Source of the DNA: Planctomycetota bacterium | Lineage (GTDB): Bacteria > Planctomycetota > GCA-002687715 > CAIWVZ01 | Length of the DNA: 64,000 bases | Reading direction: 5' to 3' | Assembly (NCBI GenBank): GCA_044222185.1 | Contig: JBGANV010000006.1 | Location: 344,108 to 408,107, forward strand | Part shown: positions 50,550 to 60,720 of the stretch, piece after piece | How positions within the stretch are numbered: the stretch's first letter is position 1 | Layout of the letters: every line of letters begins with the position of its first letter | Notes under the pieces: model-generated | Database searches by the model: none | Told to the model about the DNA's origin: nothing | What the model saw: the letters and a program-made list of their open reading frames with translations, nothing else | Program-made: the position numbers and the translations under genes

Positions 50550-53203
50550 GACTTGCTGGCCTGGCGCCGGCGCGGGGCCTTCGGAGGCGGCGCATCGCCA
50601 GTGGCCGGCGGCGCGGCGTCGCCCTCCTTCGGCTTCTTGGGAGCACGGGGCGGGAATTCCCACTTCAGCTGGACGACGCCGGCTTCGTCGGGTGCGTACT
50701 GGAGCGCGGCCTGGAACTTCTTGCCTCGCATCGAGACGAACCCGAAGAGGTAGTCCGTCTTCTCCCCGGCGAGGAGCTTCTTGATCTGCACGGGCGGCAG
50801 GTAGCGGTACTTGATGCGCTCGGCCAGGCGGAAGTCGCATTCCTTCTCCTTGGCGCGCGGGACGTTCTTCACGCAGCGATAGCCCGCGCCCGAACGGATG
50901 ACGTCGGAAGTGACGCCGCGAGCCCGGCACTTCGGGCAGGTTCCCGTGACCGTTCCGTCCGGGACTTCTTCCGCGCGCCGATCGTCCGGGTCGAGCGGAA
51001 TCCCGTCGTCGGGACCGGCATCCCCCGTCGCGAGCAGCTCGATCTCGACCTCGCATGCGTCGTTGAGTTTCAGGTTGCCGGCGGCTCGGGTGCGTTCGAA
51101 GCCCGTCAGCGGGCCGACGATCTTGTTCGCGAGCAGTCGCCGGAGGGTCTCGGGGAAGACGTACTTGCCGTTCTGATCCTTGGAGATGTTCATCTCGCAC
51201 GGCTCGGAACACATGTACGAGAACGTCTTCTCCTGGAGATTCTTCCCGCACCGCGGGCACTTCAGCGGGCCGTTGTGGTCGCGCGCGAAGATCTCCTCGT
51301 TGCCGCCCTCGTGGAGTTTCACCGCGTTCACGATGTCCTCGACGAGCCGGCGCATGTCCTTGCTGAACTCTTCGCGGGTGTAGCCGCCCTGCGTGACCTG
51401 TGCGAGGCGATATTCCCACTCGCTCGTGAGTTCGGGCTTCGCGAGTGCGTCGAGGTAGAGATTGCGCACGAGCCGCACGAGCGTGCATCCGATCGGCGTC
51501 GGGATGATCGAGCGTCCATCGCGCCGCGCGAGGCGCTTGTCGATGAGGTCCTTCACGATTGCGGCGCGTGTCGCCGGCGTGCCGATGCCCTTCTCCTTGA
51601 TCTCTTCCAGCGTCTCCTCGTCGAGGTCGTCGCCGTGGACGACGTCCTTGTTGGACGCCTCCATGATCTTGACGAGCGTGCCGTCGGTGAAGCGCGACGG
51701 CGGCTGGGTTTCCTTGGAGAGCAGGTCGACCTTCGCGGCCTTCGCCTTGCGGTCGCCGGGGAGGGCGGGGAGCGGCAGGTCTTCGGTCGCGGGTTCGACG
51801 GCGCGCCAACCGGCGACCGCGAGTCGACGGCCGCGGGTTGCGAACGTCTCGCCCTCCACGACGGTCTCGCGCGTGACGCCGAGCCACTCGGCGGACGGGA
51901 GGAACACCGCGAGGAATCGCCGCGTGATCATCTCGTAGATGCGGGCTTCGTCGTCGCGCAGTTCGGCCGGAGCCTCGCCCGTCGGGATGAGGGCGAAGTG
52001 GTCGCTGACCTTGGCGTCGTTGAAGACGCGCAGCCGGGTCTCGGGCATGGCGTTCACGGGCACCTGTGCGGCCGCGTGACCGAGCGGGCCCGTGCGGAGC
52101 GCCGTGAGGAGCCCCGGAATCTCGGCCGCGTAATCCGAGGGAAGGAAGCGGCTCGACGTTCGGGGGTAGGTGATCGCCTTCTTTCCCTCGTACAGCGATT
52201 GGGCGATCTTCAGCGTCCGGTCGAGGGTGTATCCGAACCGCTGCGAGGCCTCGCGCTGGAGCGTCGTGAGGTCGAACAGCAGCGGCGGTTCTTCCTTCCG
52301 GCGTGTCTCTCGATCGTCGGCGACGCCGAGCTTGCCCTGGACCTTCTTGAGAATTGCCTCCGCGTCCGCAAGGCGGCTGAGGCGATCCGACTTCTTCCCG
52401 TCGTCACCGGGCCCGGACCAGCGGCCGCTATACGTCCCTCCCGGGATCTCGAAGTCCACGTCGAGCTGGAAATACGGCGTCGGCACGAACTGGTCGATCT
52501 CGCGCTCGCGGTCCACCAGGAAGGCGAGGGTTGGCGTCTTCACACGCCCGACCGCGAAGAGCATCTTGGCCCTTCCCATGAACTTCTTCGTCAGGGCGCG
52601 GGTGCCATTCATGCCGATGAGCCAGTCGGCTTCGTCTCGGGCATAGGCCGCATCCGCCAGCGCCGCCACCTTCTCCGACGGGAAGACCGTGGGCTTGGAA
52701 GTCGACTTCGGATCGGACTTCTTTGCCTGGCCCTTCAGGGTGGCCATCAGGTCGTCGAACGCATGTTCGATGGCGCGGGCCGTCATCGATTGGAGCCACA
52801 GCCGGGTCACGGGTTTCGAACCGCGCACCTTCGCGTGGTCGAGGATCAGGTTGAAGATCAGCTCGCCTTCGCGTCCGGCGTCGCAGGCGTTCACGAGCCG
52901 TGTGACGTCCGGCCTGCGGATCTGCGTGACCAGATGATCGAGGAGGTCGAGCGACCGCTTGTCGTCGCCGCGCGGCTCGTGCTCGAACCGCTTGGGCATG
53001 ATCGGCAGGTCGGCGAGCGCCCAGCGCTTCCACTTGGCGTCGTAGGCGTCCGGCCCCTTCAGCTCGAGGAGGTGCCCGGAAGCCCAGGCAATGACGAGGT
53101 CGTCGCGCTCGTAGGCCATTTCCTTCTTCTTGAAGCCCTTGAGCACCTTGGCGAAGTCGTCGGCGACCGACTTCTTCTCCGTGACGACCAGCGTCTTCTC
53201 CAT
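50546..53203 (-). CDS. topB: Type IA DNA topoisomerase (topoisomerase III-like)
   Basis: TOPRIM 'EKKSVA', 'NACDAGREGELIF', 'GRVKTPTL', catalytic 'ITYPRT', 'GIGTPATRAAI', C-terminal Cys clusters. Confidence 0.92.
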   Translation of the reverse strand: MEKTLVVTEKKSVADDFAKVLKGFKKKEMAYERDDLVIAWASGHLLELKGPDAYDAKWKRWALADLPIMPKRFEHEPRGDDKRSLDLLDHLVTQIRRPDVTRLVNACDAGREGELIFNLILDHAKVRGSKPVTRLWLQSMTARAIEHAFDDLMATLKGQAKKSDPKSTSKPTVFPSEKVAALADAAYARDEADWLIGMNGTRALTKKFMGRAKMLFAVGRVKTPTLAFLVDREREIDQFVPTPYFQLDVDFEIPGGTYSGRWSGPGDDGKKSDRLSRLADAEAILKKVQGKLGVADDRETRRKEEPPLLFDLTTLQREASQRFGYTLDRTLKIAQSLYEGKKAITYPRTSSRFLPSDYAAEIPGLLTALRTGPLGHAAAQVPVNAMPETRLRVFNDAKVSDHFALIPTGEAPAELRDDEARIYEMITRRFLAVFLPSAEWLGVTRETVVEGETFATRGRRLAVAGWRAVEPATEDLPLPALPGDRKAKAAKVDLLSKETQPPSRFTDGTLVKIMEASNKDVVHGDDLDEETLEEIKEKGIGTPATRAAIVKDLIDKRLARRDGRSIIPTPIGCTLVRLVRNLYLDALAKPELTSEWEYRLAQVTQGGYTREEFSKDMRRLVEDIVNAVKLHEGGNEEIFARDHNGPLKCPRCGKNLQEKTFSYMCSEPCEMNISKDQNGKYVFPETLRRLLANKIVGPLTGFERTRAAGNLKLNDACEVEIELLATGDAGPDDGIPLDPDDRRAEEVPDGTVTGTCPKCRARGVTSDVIRSGAGYRCVKNVPRAKEKECDFRLAERIKYRYLPPVQIKKLLAGEKTDYLFGFVSMRGKKFQAALQYAPDEAGVVQLKWEFPPRAPKKPKEGDAAPPATGDAPPPKAPRRRQASKS

Positions 53204-53515
53204 GTGTGGGGCTCTTGCTCCTCTACCCGATCGTTGCTGATCGGGCGTTCCGTTCATGCGTCTGACCGGGGTGGGGTGGCGATCATCGTCGCCCACGTCG
53301 CCTCGAGTCAAGCCGGCAGATTGAAGATCGAGAAAGGACCCGACTTTCCTTCACCCGGCCGATTTCGCAAGCGACGGCAGTCGATCTCGGGCGCAGCCGC
53401 GGCGGCTACGAAGCAGAAACCGCGACGGCGTCGGGGTGGGCTGGGCGGCGCGTCCGCCGTCGTCGAGCGGGGTCCGCGGGAGCCGCGGGCAACGGGGCGC
53501 GCGTGGGTTGCGCCG

Positions 53516-53546
53516 AAAACGGCGACGGGCCCCGCAGGGCCCGTCG
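53516..53546 (-). terminator. Probable intrinsic terminator of the Gld-like ABC operon
   Basis: 10-bp stem CGACGGGCCC/GGGCCCGTCG with a 4-nt loop, followed by TTTT on the minus strand. Confidence 0.55.
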
Positions 53547-53584
53547 GATCGTTCAGCGAAGGTGCGGAGTGCGAAACTCTCGCA

Positions 53585-54670
53585 TCATTTCTCGTCGCCG
53601 TGATCGTGGTCGTGGCCGTCGTCGGGCGTCGTGCCGGGCAGCAGGTCCTTGAGCTTCTTCTGGAAGTAGTCGGTCACGTTGTACGAGCCGACCGTGACGA
53701 CGAAGTCCTTGCCCGAGACCTGGGCGTAGTAGTCCTTCTCGTCCTTTCGCTCGGCGCCGATCTTGATGGTGGTCTCCTTGCCGTCGTTCGTCCGGATGAC
53801 GGCCGTCGCCGTCGGCTTGTCGAAGCCGAACTCGGGCTTGATCGACTTGCTCACTGGTTCGCTCATGTAGAGCGTACCGAGGCTGCGGGCGAGTGCTTCG
53901 ACCTTCGCCTTGTCCAGCGTCTGAGGCTTGGCCTCGACGGTCATCCACACGGGCTCGACGGGCTTCGAATCGGTGCCCTTCGTCTCCGTGGGGACACTCG
54001 CTGGTTTCTCGTGGCGGATCTCGTAGGTCTCCGTCGCGTTGATGAGCTTGATCGAGGCGATCTGGTCGAGGGGCGTATCCAGGAACTTGGAGTCGACGAG
54101 ACCCGAGATCGACGTGGGGAAGTCGTACGCCGCGGCTCCACTCGCCTGATACACGGCCGGGTCGCCGGCGACGCGGACGTAGACACCGTTCGAGTCGCGG
54201 CTGTCGCCGATGTAGACGTCCGCGAGCGGCTTTCCGCCCTCACCCTCGATCGTCACTCGCGCGCGGCACACGCCATCCGCCACGTTCAGGCCGGCGTAGC
54301 GCTTCTCCTGACGCGTGATGACTCGGCTGTACGTCACTTTCTTCAGCGCTTCGACGATGCGGTTGCAGTCGTCCGTACGCGCCGGATAGCCATCACGGCT
54401 GGCAACGGTCCAGTTGGTGACGTCCTTGTCGCCTTCCTTCTTGACCTCGGCCGCGAGCTTCACGAGCTTGCCACCCTCGCCATTGATCGTGATGCCGCGA
54501 ACGCGGGCCTGGTCGATCCCCGAGAACGGTTTCGTTCCGGCGATGCTGGCGTCCTTGGCTGACGTCGAAGGTGTCGACGCCGCGCCGCGGGGGATGAAGA
54601 TCAGCAGGATGATCTGGAGAACCAGCACGCCCGCGAGGAAGAGGTTCGTTCTGGCGGCGGATGGACTCAT
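53585..54670 (-). CDS. DUF4340 domain protein
   Basis: N-terminal anchor, two repeats ('WTV...YPA...YAGL...VYIG...VYVR'), position after gldG-like gene; His-rich tail. Confidence 0.82.
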   Translation of the reverse strand: MSPSAARTNLFLAGVLVLQIILLIFIPRGAASTPSTSAKDASIAGTKPFSGIDQARVRGITINGEGGKLVKLAAEVKKEGDKDVTNWTVASRDGYPARTDDCNRIVEALKKVTYSRVITRQEKRYAGLNVADGVCRARVTIEGEGGKPLADVYIGDSRDSNGVYVRVAGDPAVYQASGAAAYDFPTSISGLVDSKFLDTPLDQIASIKLINATETYEIRHEKPASVPTETKGTDSKPVEPVWMTVEAKPQTLDKAKVEALARSLGTLYMSEPVSKSIKPEFGFDKPTATAVIRTNDGKETTIKIGAERKDEKDYYAQVSGKDFVVTVGSYNVTDYFQKKLKDLLPGTTPDDGHDHDHGDEK

Positions 54671-56934
54671 GACGCACCTCCCTGGCGGGTCGGAAGCGGA
54701 AGCGGCCGGCGGTTCATTCGGAGAACGGTCCAGGTTCCACCCAGCAGCACGACGGCCGTGAGCGGCAACCACAACGCGAGCTGCGTCGCCAGCGCGGCCG
54801 ACGACTTGCGTTCGTCCTTCTCCATTCCGCGCAGTGCGGCGAGCGGACGCTGGACGCGCTCACGGTTGCGGATCCCCATGAGCTGGGCGTCCGGTCCGTA
54901 GAAGTCGATCGAATTGCGGAGGAACTGGAGGTTCTCGTTGAGCGCCTCGCGCGCCACGTGGAAGGCCTGCAGCTGGATGAGCGGCGAGCAGAAATCCGAG
55001 TCGCCGATCACGACGACGGACGTCTCCCGCGAAGACTTCAGGCGCGGCGTGTGGTCGGAATCCTCGTCGGCCGGTTTGGAGTCCGTCGGCTTCGACGTCG
55101 GCGTCTCCTTGCCGGGGATGGGCTTGTCCGCGAAGAACGACGGGAAGGTTCCTTGGAGCGCCACCGCGACACACGTCTTCCCGGCGCCCGACGGCGGGCG
55201 GTAGTTGAAGCCGCTGTCGAGGAGGCTCTTCGCGCGGGCGACGTCCGTGGACGTGGAGCTGTCCTTCGAGGCCCACGCCAGCTCCGCGCCCTTCACGGTC
55301 GGCGGAATGCCGGGCTTCGCGGGCCGGCTGTCCGTTCCCGCCTCCGCCGTCGCGATCGAGACGGGGGTCGCCCAGCTCAATCGGAGCAGGTTCTGCTTCT
55401 GCGTGATCGGATGCGACGCCGCGATCCCGTCCGCGCCTTCGAGGAAGATCGCGTAGGGATTCTTCACGTCGAAGTACTCGACGTCGTTGCGTCGGCCGCT
55501 GGCCCCACGGCGCGCGAGGTGCAGGACGTCGCATCGCGTGTCCATCACCATCGCATCGCCGATCTGCGCGCCGTAGCTGCGGAGCATGTCTCGGAACTTG
55601 CCGATGCTGATGGGCTTCGGCGTGTTCATGTCGCCCGACTGCATGGCCGCGTCGATGTCGAACGCGTAGGCGTCGGCGCACACCACGAGGCGTCCACCGC
55701 GCATGACGAACTGGTCGATCTCGTACAGCGTCTTGTCCGAGTAGTCCTGGGGACGCACGAGCACGAGCACGCTGATCTCGCGCGGGATCGGTTTGCCTTC
55801 GCCGAGATTCACTTCGCGGACCTCGAACTCCTGCTGGAGGATCGGCACGAGGTCCTTGAACTCCTGCGGAGATTCGGGCTGGCCCATCATCTTCGCCATG
55901 GGGTTCTGCGCGGCGTCAGGCGTGGCGATGCCGACGGTCGTGAGGAACCCCGGGATCATCGCCTTGAGCTGTCCGGAGATGGCCTCACGGACGTCCGACT
56001 CGGACATCTCGTCGCCGAGCGTCACGAGCGGCAGTGGCGCCGACGCATCACCGACCTTGATGACGGCCCAGCTGAAGAACCCTTCCTTCCCATCCAGGTC
56101 GAGGGCGACCTCGCGGACGCCCATGGTTCGGCGGATCTCGGCTCGCAGGGCCTTCTTGTCCGGCGAGTCACCCGTGGGGTCGATCGTCTCCACCTTGAGG
56201 CGGCCGAGCGCCTCGTCGGCGAGCTTCTTGGTGACGGTCTTGGCGTAGCCGGGGACCTTCTTCAGGTGCTTCGGCAGCACGTCTTCCGGGCTGAAGAAGA
56301 GCGTGATGGACGCCTTCAGGTTGTTCGTCGCGAGCGAGGCGCCGATGCTCTCGAATCCGCGAACGACTTTGTGGACCGCTTTCGCGACGAGGTATTCGAC
56401 GTTGAGGAGATCGACGCGGAAGTCGCCCGACGAGCCCGTGGGAACGACGCGGTAGAGCTGCTCGTGCTCGTAGCGCTCGAATTGATCGCCGTAGGACACG
56501 ACGACGGCGAAGTACGTGTTGCGTACCGCCTCTTCGTCGGACGATTGCACGAGGATCGGCGCCGGGTGGACGCCGAACGTGTTGCTCGCGCGCTCCTGCA
56601 CCGATTTCTCGGCCGTGTCCCAGTCCACGATGCGTGTGGAGGCCTTGCCGCTGGACGCCGCTTCGAACTCCTTCAGCGTGTCCGCGAGGACGCCGACGAG
56701 CGGCCGCAGCTTCTCGTGCAACTTGTCGATGGACGAGTGGTAGAAGATGATCTCGAGCGGCTCTTCCGGTTCCGCGAGCAGCGCCTTGGTCTCCGGCGCC
56801 AACGTGAACAACCGGCCCTCCGTGAGGTCGAGACGCGCTCCGCGGAAATCCGAGAGCAGGAGATTCAGGCAGAAGAGGTTGGCGCCGACGAGTGCGGCAC
56901 CCAGCACCAGATTGAGTATCGCCTTGGCTTGCAT
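54667..56934 (-). CDS. GldG-like ABC transporter auxiliary component
   Basis: 'RLDLTEGRLFTLAPET', 'IDQFVMRGG', 'HPIT', 'VVVIGDSDF', 'LMGIRNR', C-terminal TM. Confidence 0.87.
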   Translation of the reverse strand: MQAKAILNLVLGAALVGANLFCLNLLLSDFRGARLDLTEGRLFTLAPETKALLAEPEEPLEIIFYHSSIDKLHEKLRPLVGVLADTLKEFEAASSGKASTRIVDWDTAEKSVQERASNTFGVHPAPILVQSSDEEAVRNTYFAVVVSYGDQFERYEHEQLYRVVPTGSSGDFRVDLLNVEYLVAKAVHKVVRGFESIGASLATNNLKASITLFFSPEDVLPKHLKKVPGYAKTVTKKLADEALGRLKVETIDPTGDSPDKKALRAEIRRTMGVREVALDLDGKEGFFSWAVIKVGDASAPLPLVTLGDEMSESDVREAISGQLKAMIPGFLTTVGIATPDAAQNPMAKMMGQPESPQEFKDLVPILQQEFEVREVNLGEGKPIPREISVLVLVRPQDYSDKTLYEIDQFVMRGGRLVVCADAYAFDIDAAMQSGDMNTPKPISIGKFRDMLRSYGAQIGDAMVMDTRCDVLHLARRGASGRRNDVEYFDVKNPYAIFLEGADGIAASHPITQKQNLLRLSWATPVSIATAEAGTDSRPAKPGIPPTVKGAELAWASKDSSTSTDVARAKSLLDSGFNYRPPSGAGKTCVAVALQGTFPSFFADKPIPGKETPTSKPTDSKPADEDSDHTPRLKSSRETSVVVIGDSDFCSPLIQLQAFHVAREALNENLQFLRNSIDFYGPDAQLMGIRNRERVQRPLAALRGMEKDERKSSAALATQLALWLPLTAVVLLGGTWTVLRMNRRPLPLPTRQGGAS

Positions 56935-56949
56935 GGTTGCTTCCGCTCT

Positions 56950-57675
56950 TCAGGAGGCGTAACGGCGGTAGTTGACCACCACGACGTTCAGGAACAGGAA
57001 GAACACCGTCGCCGACGCATAGAAGATCAGGTCGCGCGCGTCGAGCAACCCGCGGGCGACGCTCTCGAAATGCGCGTTGTAGTCGAACCCGCGCATCACG
57101 TCGGCGAAGCCCTTGCTCACGAGCCCCTCCCAGAAGGGCATGCCGGGGAGGAGCGTGAGCAGGCCCACGGCCCACCCGAGGACGAGGGCCACGAACTGAT
57201 CCTGGGCGAGGCTCGATGCGACCAGTCCGATGGCCAGGTACGCAGCGCCGAGGAGCAACGTGCCGACGTAGCCGCCGATGACCGGTCCGAAGTCCACGTC
57301 ACCGTAGTGGTTCGCGACGATGGGGAGCGCAGACGTGAAGACGAGCGCGAGCGCGAGCAGCCCCCATGACGCGAGGAACTTGCCGAGGACCATCGAGGTG
57401 GGCGTGATCGGCGTCGTCGCGAGGATCTCATAGGTGCCCAGGCGCCGCTCGTCGGCCCACAGCCGCATGGTGAGCGCTGGGGCGAGGCCCCAAAGCAGCC
57501 ACGGAACCCAGTTGAAGAAGCCGCGGAGCGTCGCCTCGTCGCGTGCGAAGAACTTCTCGTAGTGGAAGAAGAGGCCCCAGGCCGTCACGGTGTAGAGCAG
57601 GATGAAGACGTAGGCGATCGGCGAGCTGAGCGACGATCGGAACTCCTTCCCTGCGATGCTGAGTGTCTGATTCAC
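56950..57675 (-). CDS. GldF-like ABC-2 permease
   Basis: 'KEFRSSLSSPIAYVF', 'PALTMRLWADERRLGTYEIL', 'LGKFLA', 'RGLLDARD'. Confidence 0.9.
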   Translation of the reverse strand: MNQTLSIAGKEFRSSLSSPIAYVFILLYTVTAWGLFFHYEKFFARDEATLRGFFNWVPWLLWGLAPALTMRLWADERRLGTYEILATTPITPTSMVLGKFLASWGLLALALVFTSALPIVANHYGDVDFGPVIGGYVGTLLLGAAYLAIGLVASSLAQDQFVALVLGWAVGLLTLLPGMPFWEGLVSKGFADVMRGFDYNAHFESVARGLLDARDLIFYASATVFFLFLNVVVVNYRRYAS

Positions 57676-58610
57676 CGTGCACCTCCTCGTGCATGCTGAA
57701 GTTCACGGAAGATGTGTTCGAGATCGCGGCGCTGGGCCGTGAGTTCCACGACCGTCCACTTCGATTCGGAGGCGAGACGGCCCACCGAATCGAGCAGGCC
57801 GGGCTTGCCTCGGCCGGTGACGCGGAAGCGCGAACGGTCGGGCGTGCCGGGGAGCGCCTCGACGCTCTCCACGTCCGCCAGGCTGCGCAGGCGGGAGCCC
57901 GCGTCGGCCGGGGCGCCGGCGAGCGCCACCGTCGCGACGCGATCGACGCCCGAGTCACCCAGGTGCTCGTCCGCGTGGACGCGGCCGCCCACGATCATGA
58001 TCGCGCGCGAGCACATGGCCTCGACCTCGGAGAGGATGTGGGTCGACAGCACGACGGTCTTCTTCTGACCGAGCGCCCGCACGAGGTCCCGGATCTCGAG
58101 GATCTGGTTGGGGTCCAGCCCCGACGTCGGCTCGTCCAGGATCAGGATCTCGGGGTCGTGCACCATGGCCTGGGCCAGGCCCGTGCGCTGGCGGAAACCC
58201 TTGGACAGGTGCCCGATGGGCTTCGTCAGCACCGAGGTGAGGCTGCAGGCGTCGACGACGGCGCCGATCCGCCGCAGGCGATCGCCCGGCGCGACGTGGC
58301 GGAGCTTGGCCATGTACATGAGGTAGTCCTGGACGAGCATGTCCCGATAGAGCGGGGCACTCTCGGGCAGGTACCCGATGTGGCGTTGCGCCTGGATGCG
58401 GCTCTCGACGATGTCCTGGCCTGCGACGCTGGCGGCGCCGCTGGTCGGGACGAGGTAGCCCGTGAGGATCTTCATCGTCGTCGACTTGCCGGCGCCGTTG
58501 GGCCCGACCAGTCCGACGATGGTCCCTTGCTCGATCTCGAACGACACGTCCACCAGGGCCTGGAAGGTCCCGTAACGGTGGCCGAGTCGGTCGGCCTTTA
58601 TGTTGATCAT
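57672..58610 (-). CDS. GldA-like ABC transporter ATP-binding protein
   Basis: 'GPNGAGKST', 'LSKGFRQR', 'LILDEPTSGLDP', 'STHILSEV'. Confidence 0.92.
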   Translation of the reverse strand: MINIKADRLGHRYGTFQALVDVSFEIEQGTIVGLVGPNGAGKSTTMKILTGYLVPTSGAASVAGQDIVESRIQAQRHIGYLPESAPLYRDMLVQDYLMYMAKLRHVAPGDRLRRIGAVVDACSLTSVLTKPIGHLSKGFRQRTGLAQAMVHDPEILILDEPTSGLDPNQILEIRDLVRALGQKKTVVLSTHILSEVEAMCSRAIMIVGGRVHADEHLGDSGVDRVATVALAGAPADAGSRLRSLADVESVEALPGTPDRSRFRVTGRGKPGLLDSVGRLASESKWTVVELTAQRRDLEHIFRELQHARGGAR

Positions 58611-58856
58611 GGTCCCAGTTCCGAGTCCGGAAGAGACAACGCGGCGCCGTCCGCATGCCTGCGGCTTCACCAGGTCCGGGCGCCGCTGGTGTCAACGGTC
58701 TTCTACGGGGCGTAGGGATAGCGACCTCCGTCGTTTTTTCAACGCGCGTGCGTCGAGCGCGGCGTCGTAACTCGTTGGTGAGTTGCGGATTCGACGATCT
58801 CGCCTTCGCGGGGGCTGTGAGTCGGCGTGCGCGGCGCCGTCCGCGTCAGCGGGAGG

Positions 58857-59771
58857 TCAGAGGATCCGGCGGCCGAAGGCCGAGAAGACCAGTTCCGCGG
58901 CGAGGCGCGCCGTCCGATTCCGCTCGTCCTCGACCGGGTTCACCTCGGTGACGTCCATCGCGAGCAGCTTTCCGGAGTCATAGGCCATCTCGGCGACGAG
59001 GTGCGCTTCGCGGTAGGTGAGGCCGCCGGGAACTGGAGTGCCGACCCCGGGCGCCTCGAAGGCGTCGACGCCGTCGACGTCGTAGGAGAGGTGGAATCCG
59101 GCCGTGCCCCTCGCGGCGATCTCGATGGCCTTCTCCATGCACCACCGAACGCCCTTCTCGTCGACGTCGCGCATGGTGAACACCGTCACTCCCGACGCCC
59201 GGACGATCTCGCGCTCGAGCGCATCCACGCTGCGGATTCCGATCAGCGTGGTGTTGGCGGCGGAAACCTTGGGGGAGAAGCCGCCGATGCCCGTGAGCTC
59301 CGGCAGTCCGAGTCCGAGCAACGTCGCCAGCGGCATCCCGTGGATGTTGCCCGTGGGCGTGGTCTCGGGGGTGTTCATGTCGGTATGAGCGTCGACCCAG
59401 ATGAGTCCGATCCGTTGGTCGCGCTGGCGCCACCAGGATGAGACCCCGGCGACGCTTCCGATCGCGAGGCTGTGGTCACCACCGAGGATGACGGGGCGCG
59501 TGCGGTCATCCAGCTCCGAGAGGATGATGGCGGCCGTTTCGCGGCAGGCGCTCTCGATCTCCTTGAGGAACCGGGCCTTCGGGTTCCCCGGGTCGCGGGA
59601 CCCCGGAGTCGGGACGTGGATGTTCCCGATATCCGACACCTCGTGACCGAGGGCGCGAAGGCCGTCGAGCAGCCCGGCGACTCGGATGGCGCTCGGTCCC
59701 ATGTCGACGCCTCGGTGCCCGGCACCGAGGTCGAGGGGGACACCGAGGATCTTGACGCGGAGAGAATCCAT
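58857..59771 (-). CDS. rocF: Arginase
   Basis: 'GVDMGPSAIR', 'GGDHS', 'DAHTDMN', 'GNIHGMP', 'SYDVDGVD', 'GGLTYRE'. Confidence 0.95.
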   Translation of the reverse strand: MDSLRVKILGVPLDLGAGHRGVDMGPSAIRVAGLLDGLRALGHEVSDIGNIHVPTPGSRDPGNPKARFLKEIESACRETAAIILSELDDRTRPVILGGDHSLAIGSVAGVSSWWRQRDQRIGLIWVDAHTDMNTPETTPTGNIHGMPLATLLGLGLPELTGIGGFSPKVSAANTTLIGIRSVDALEREIVRASGVTVFTMRDVDEKGVRWCMEKAIEIAARGTAGFHLSYDVDGVDAFEAPGVGTPVPGGLTYREAHLVAEMAYDSGKLLAMDVTEVNPVEDERNRTARLAAELVFSAFGRRIL

Positions 59772-59912
59772 TGGTCGGATGAGCTGTCGACGTGCCGGTC
59801 CCCGAGGGTTGAGACGGGCGCTTCCGAAGCCGCGGACTTTATGGGCGCCCGCGCGCCTGTTCAACGAATCGCGGCTGGGGAGCGCCGCGATGCGGCCGAC
59901 CGGTGCACCATG

Positions 59913-59945
59913 AAACGAAGCCAGCCGGCGCGTGGCCGGCTGGTT
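59913..59945 (-). terminator. Possible intrinsic terminator
   Basis: Stem CCAGCCGGC/GCCGGCTGG followed by TTCGTTTC on the minus strand. Confidence 0.45.
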
Positions 59946-59978
59946 CGAAACTCAGGTGGAGTTTTGGGTTGGGTCTGA

Positions 59979-60377
59979 TCAGGCCCAGCGACCCTCGACC
60001 CAGACCTGCACGTTTCGCGTCTCGTAGTGACCGGGATCCTGGACGGTTGCCCAGTGCGATGGGCACGTCATCACCTGGTAGGCGCGGCCGCAGTGGTCGT
60101 AGCGGGTTTCGTAGGTCGCCTCGACCCACACCTGCCGCGTGCAACCGGCCACCCAGACCTGCTGGCAGACGGTCTCGTAGTGCGCTGGGATCCAGACACG
60201 GGCCGGGGCGCAGGCGACAGGCGCGTAGCCGCTCGAGAAGCCGACCCGGAAGCCCGAGTGCCGGCCGTGGTGCCCGAACGAGAACCCGAAGCCCTGGGCG
60301 CTCGCGACGGCCGGGAGGGCCAGGGTCAGGAGGAGCGCGAGCGCGAGGGGGGTGGAAGTGCGGGCATTGCGAATCAT
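59979..60377 (-). CDS. Small exported protein with VW[IV]xxxY/W (YXWGXW-like) repeats
   Basis: AAGGAG RBS, signal peptide ending 'ASA', repeats 'VWIPAHYE', 'VWVAGCT', 'VWVEATYE', 'VWVEGRW'. Confidence 0.8.
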   Translation of the reverse strand: MIRNARTSTPLALALLLTLALPAVASAQGFGFSFGHHGRHSGFRVGFSSGYAPVACAPARVWIPAHYETVCQQVWVAGCTRQVWVEATYETRYDHCGRAYQVMTCPSHWATVQDPGHYETRNVQVWVEGRWA

Positions 60378-60452
60378 GTGAACTCCTTTGGCCATCTCGG
60401 CCGGCCCGACCCTCTGGGATTTGCATCCGATTCAGGTGGGACACGCGTGATT

Positions 60453-60468
60453 AGCTAACGCCGTACCA
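60453..60468 (-). promoter_or_regulatory. Possible sigma54 -24/-12 promoter
   Basis: TGGTACGGCGTTAGCT on the minus strand, near the TGGCAC-N5-TTGC consensus, ~75 nt upstream of the 60377 gene. Confidence 0.35.
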
Positions 60469-60720
60469 ATTCCGCGTGGCGTGCTGGGTGTCGCCGTAAA
60501 CCAATGCTTGATTGGATGTTGCGCGCAGTCATCGGAGGTGGGACTCAGGGTCCTTTCGCCTTGGAGTGTCCCCGCGCGGCGTCCTTTGCGTCTTCCGCGG
60601 TCGAGCGACGGTGCGCGGAGATTCAGCGGAGTCCACTGCCTGCGGCGGCCGTGCCGGAATTTGCGGCGTCGATGGGCGGGGTTAGGTTCCCGCCCTGAAG
60701 TTCATCCCAGGAGACAACAC

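Noticed and set aside
51275-54562. 1095-aa plus-strand ORF
   Set aside because: Antisense shadow of topB and DUF4340, with no domain signal.
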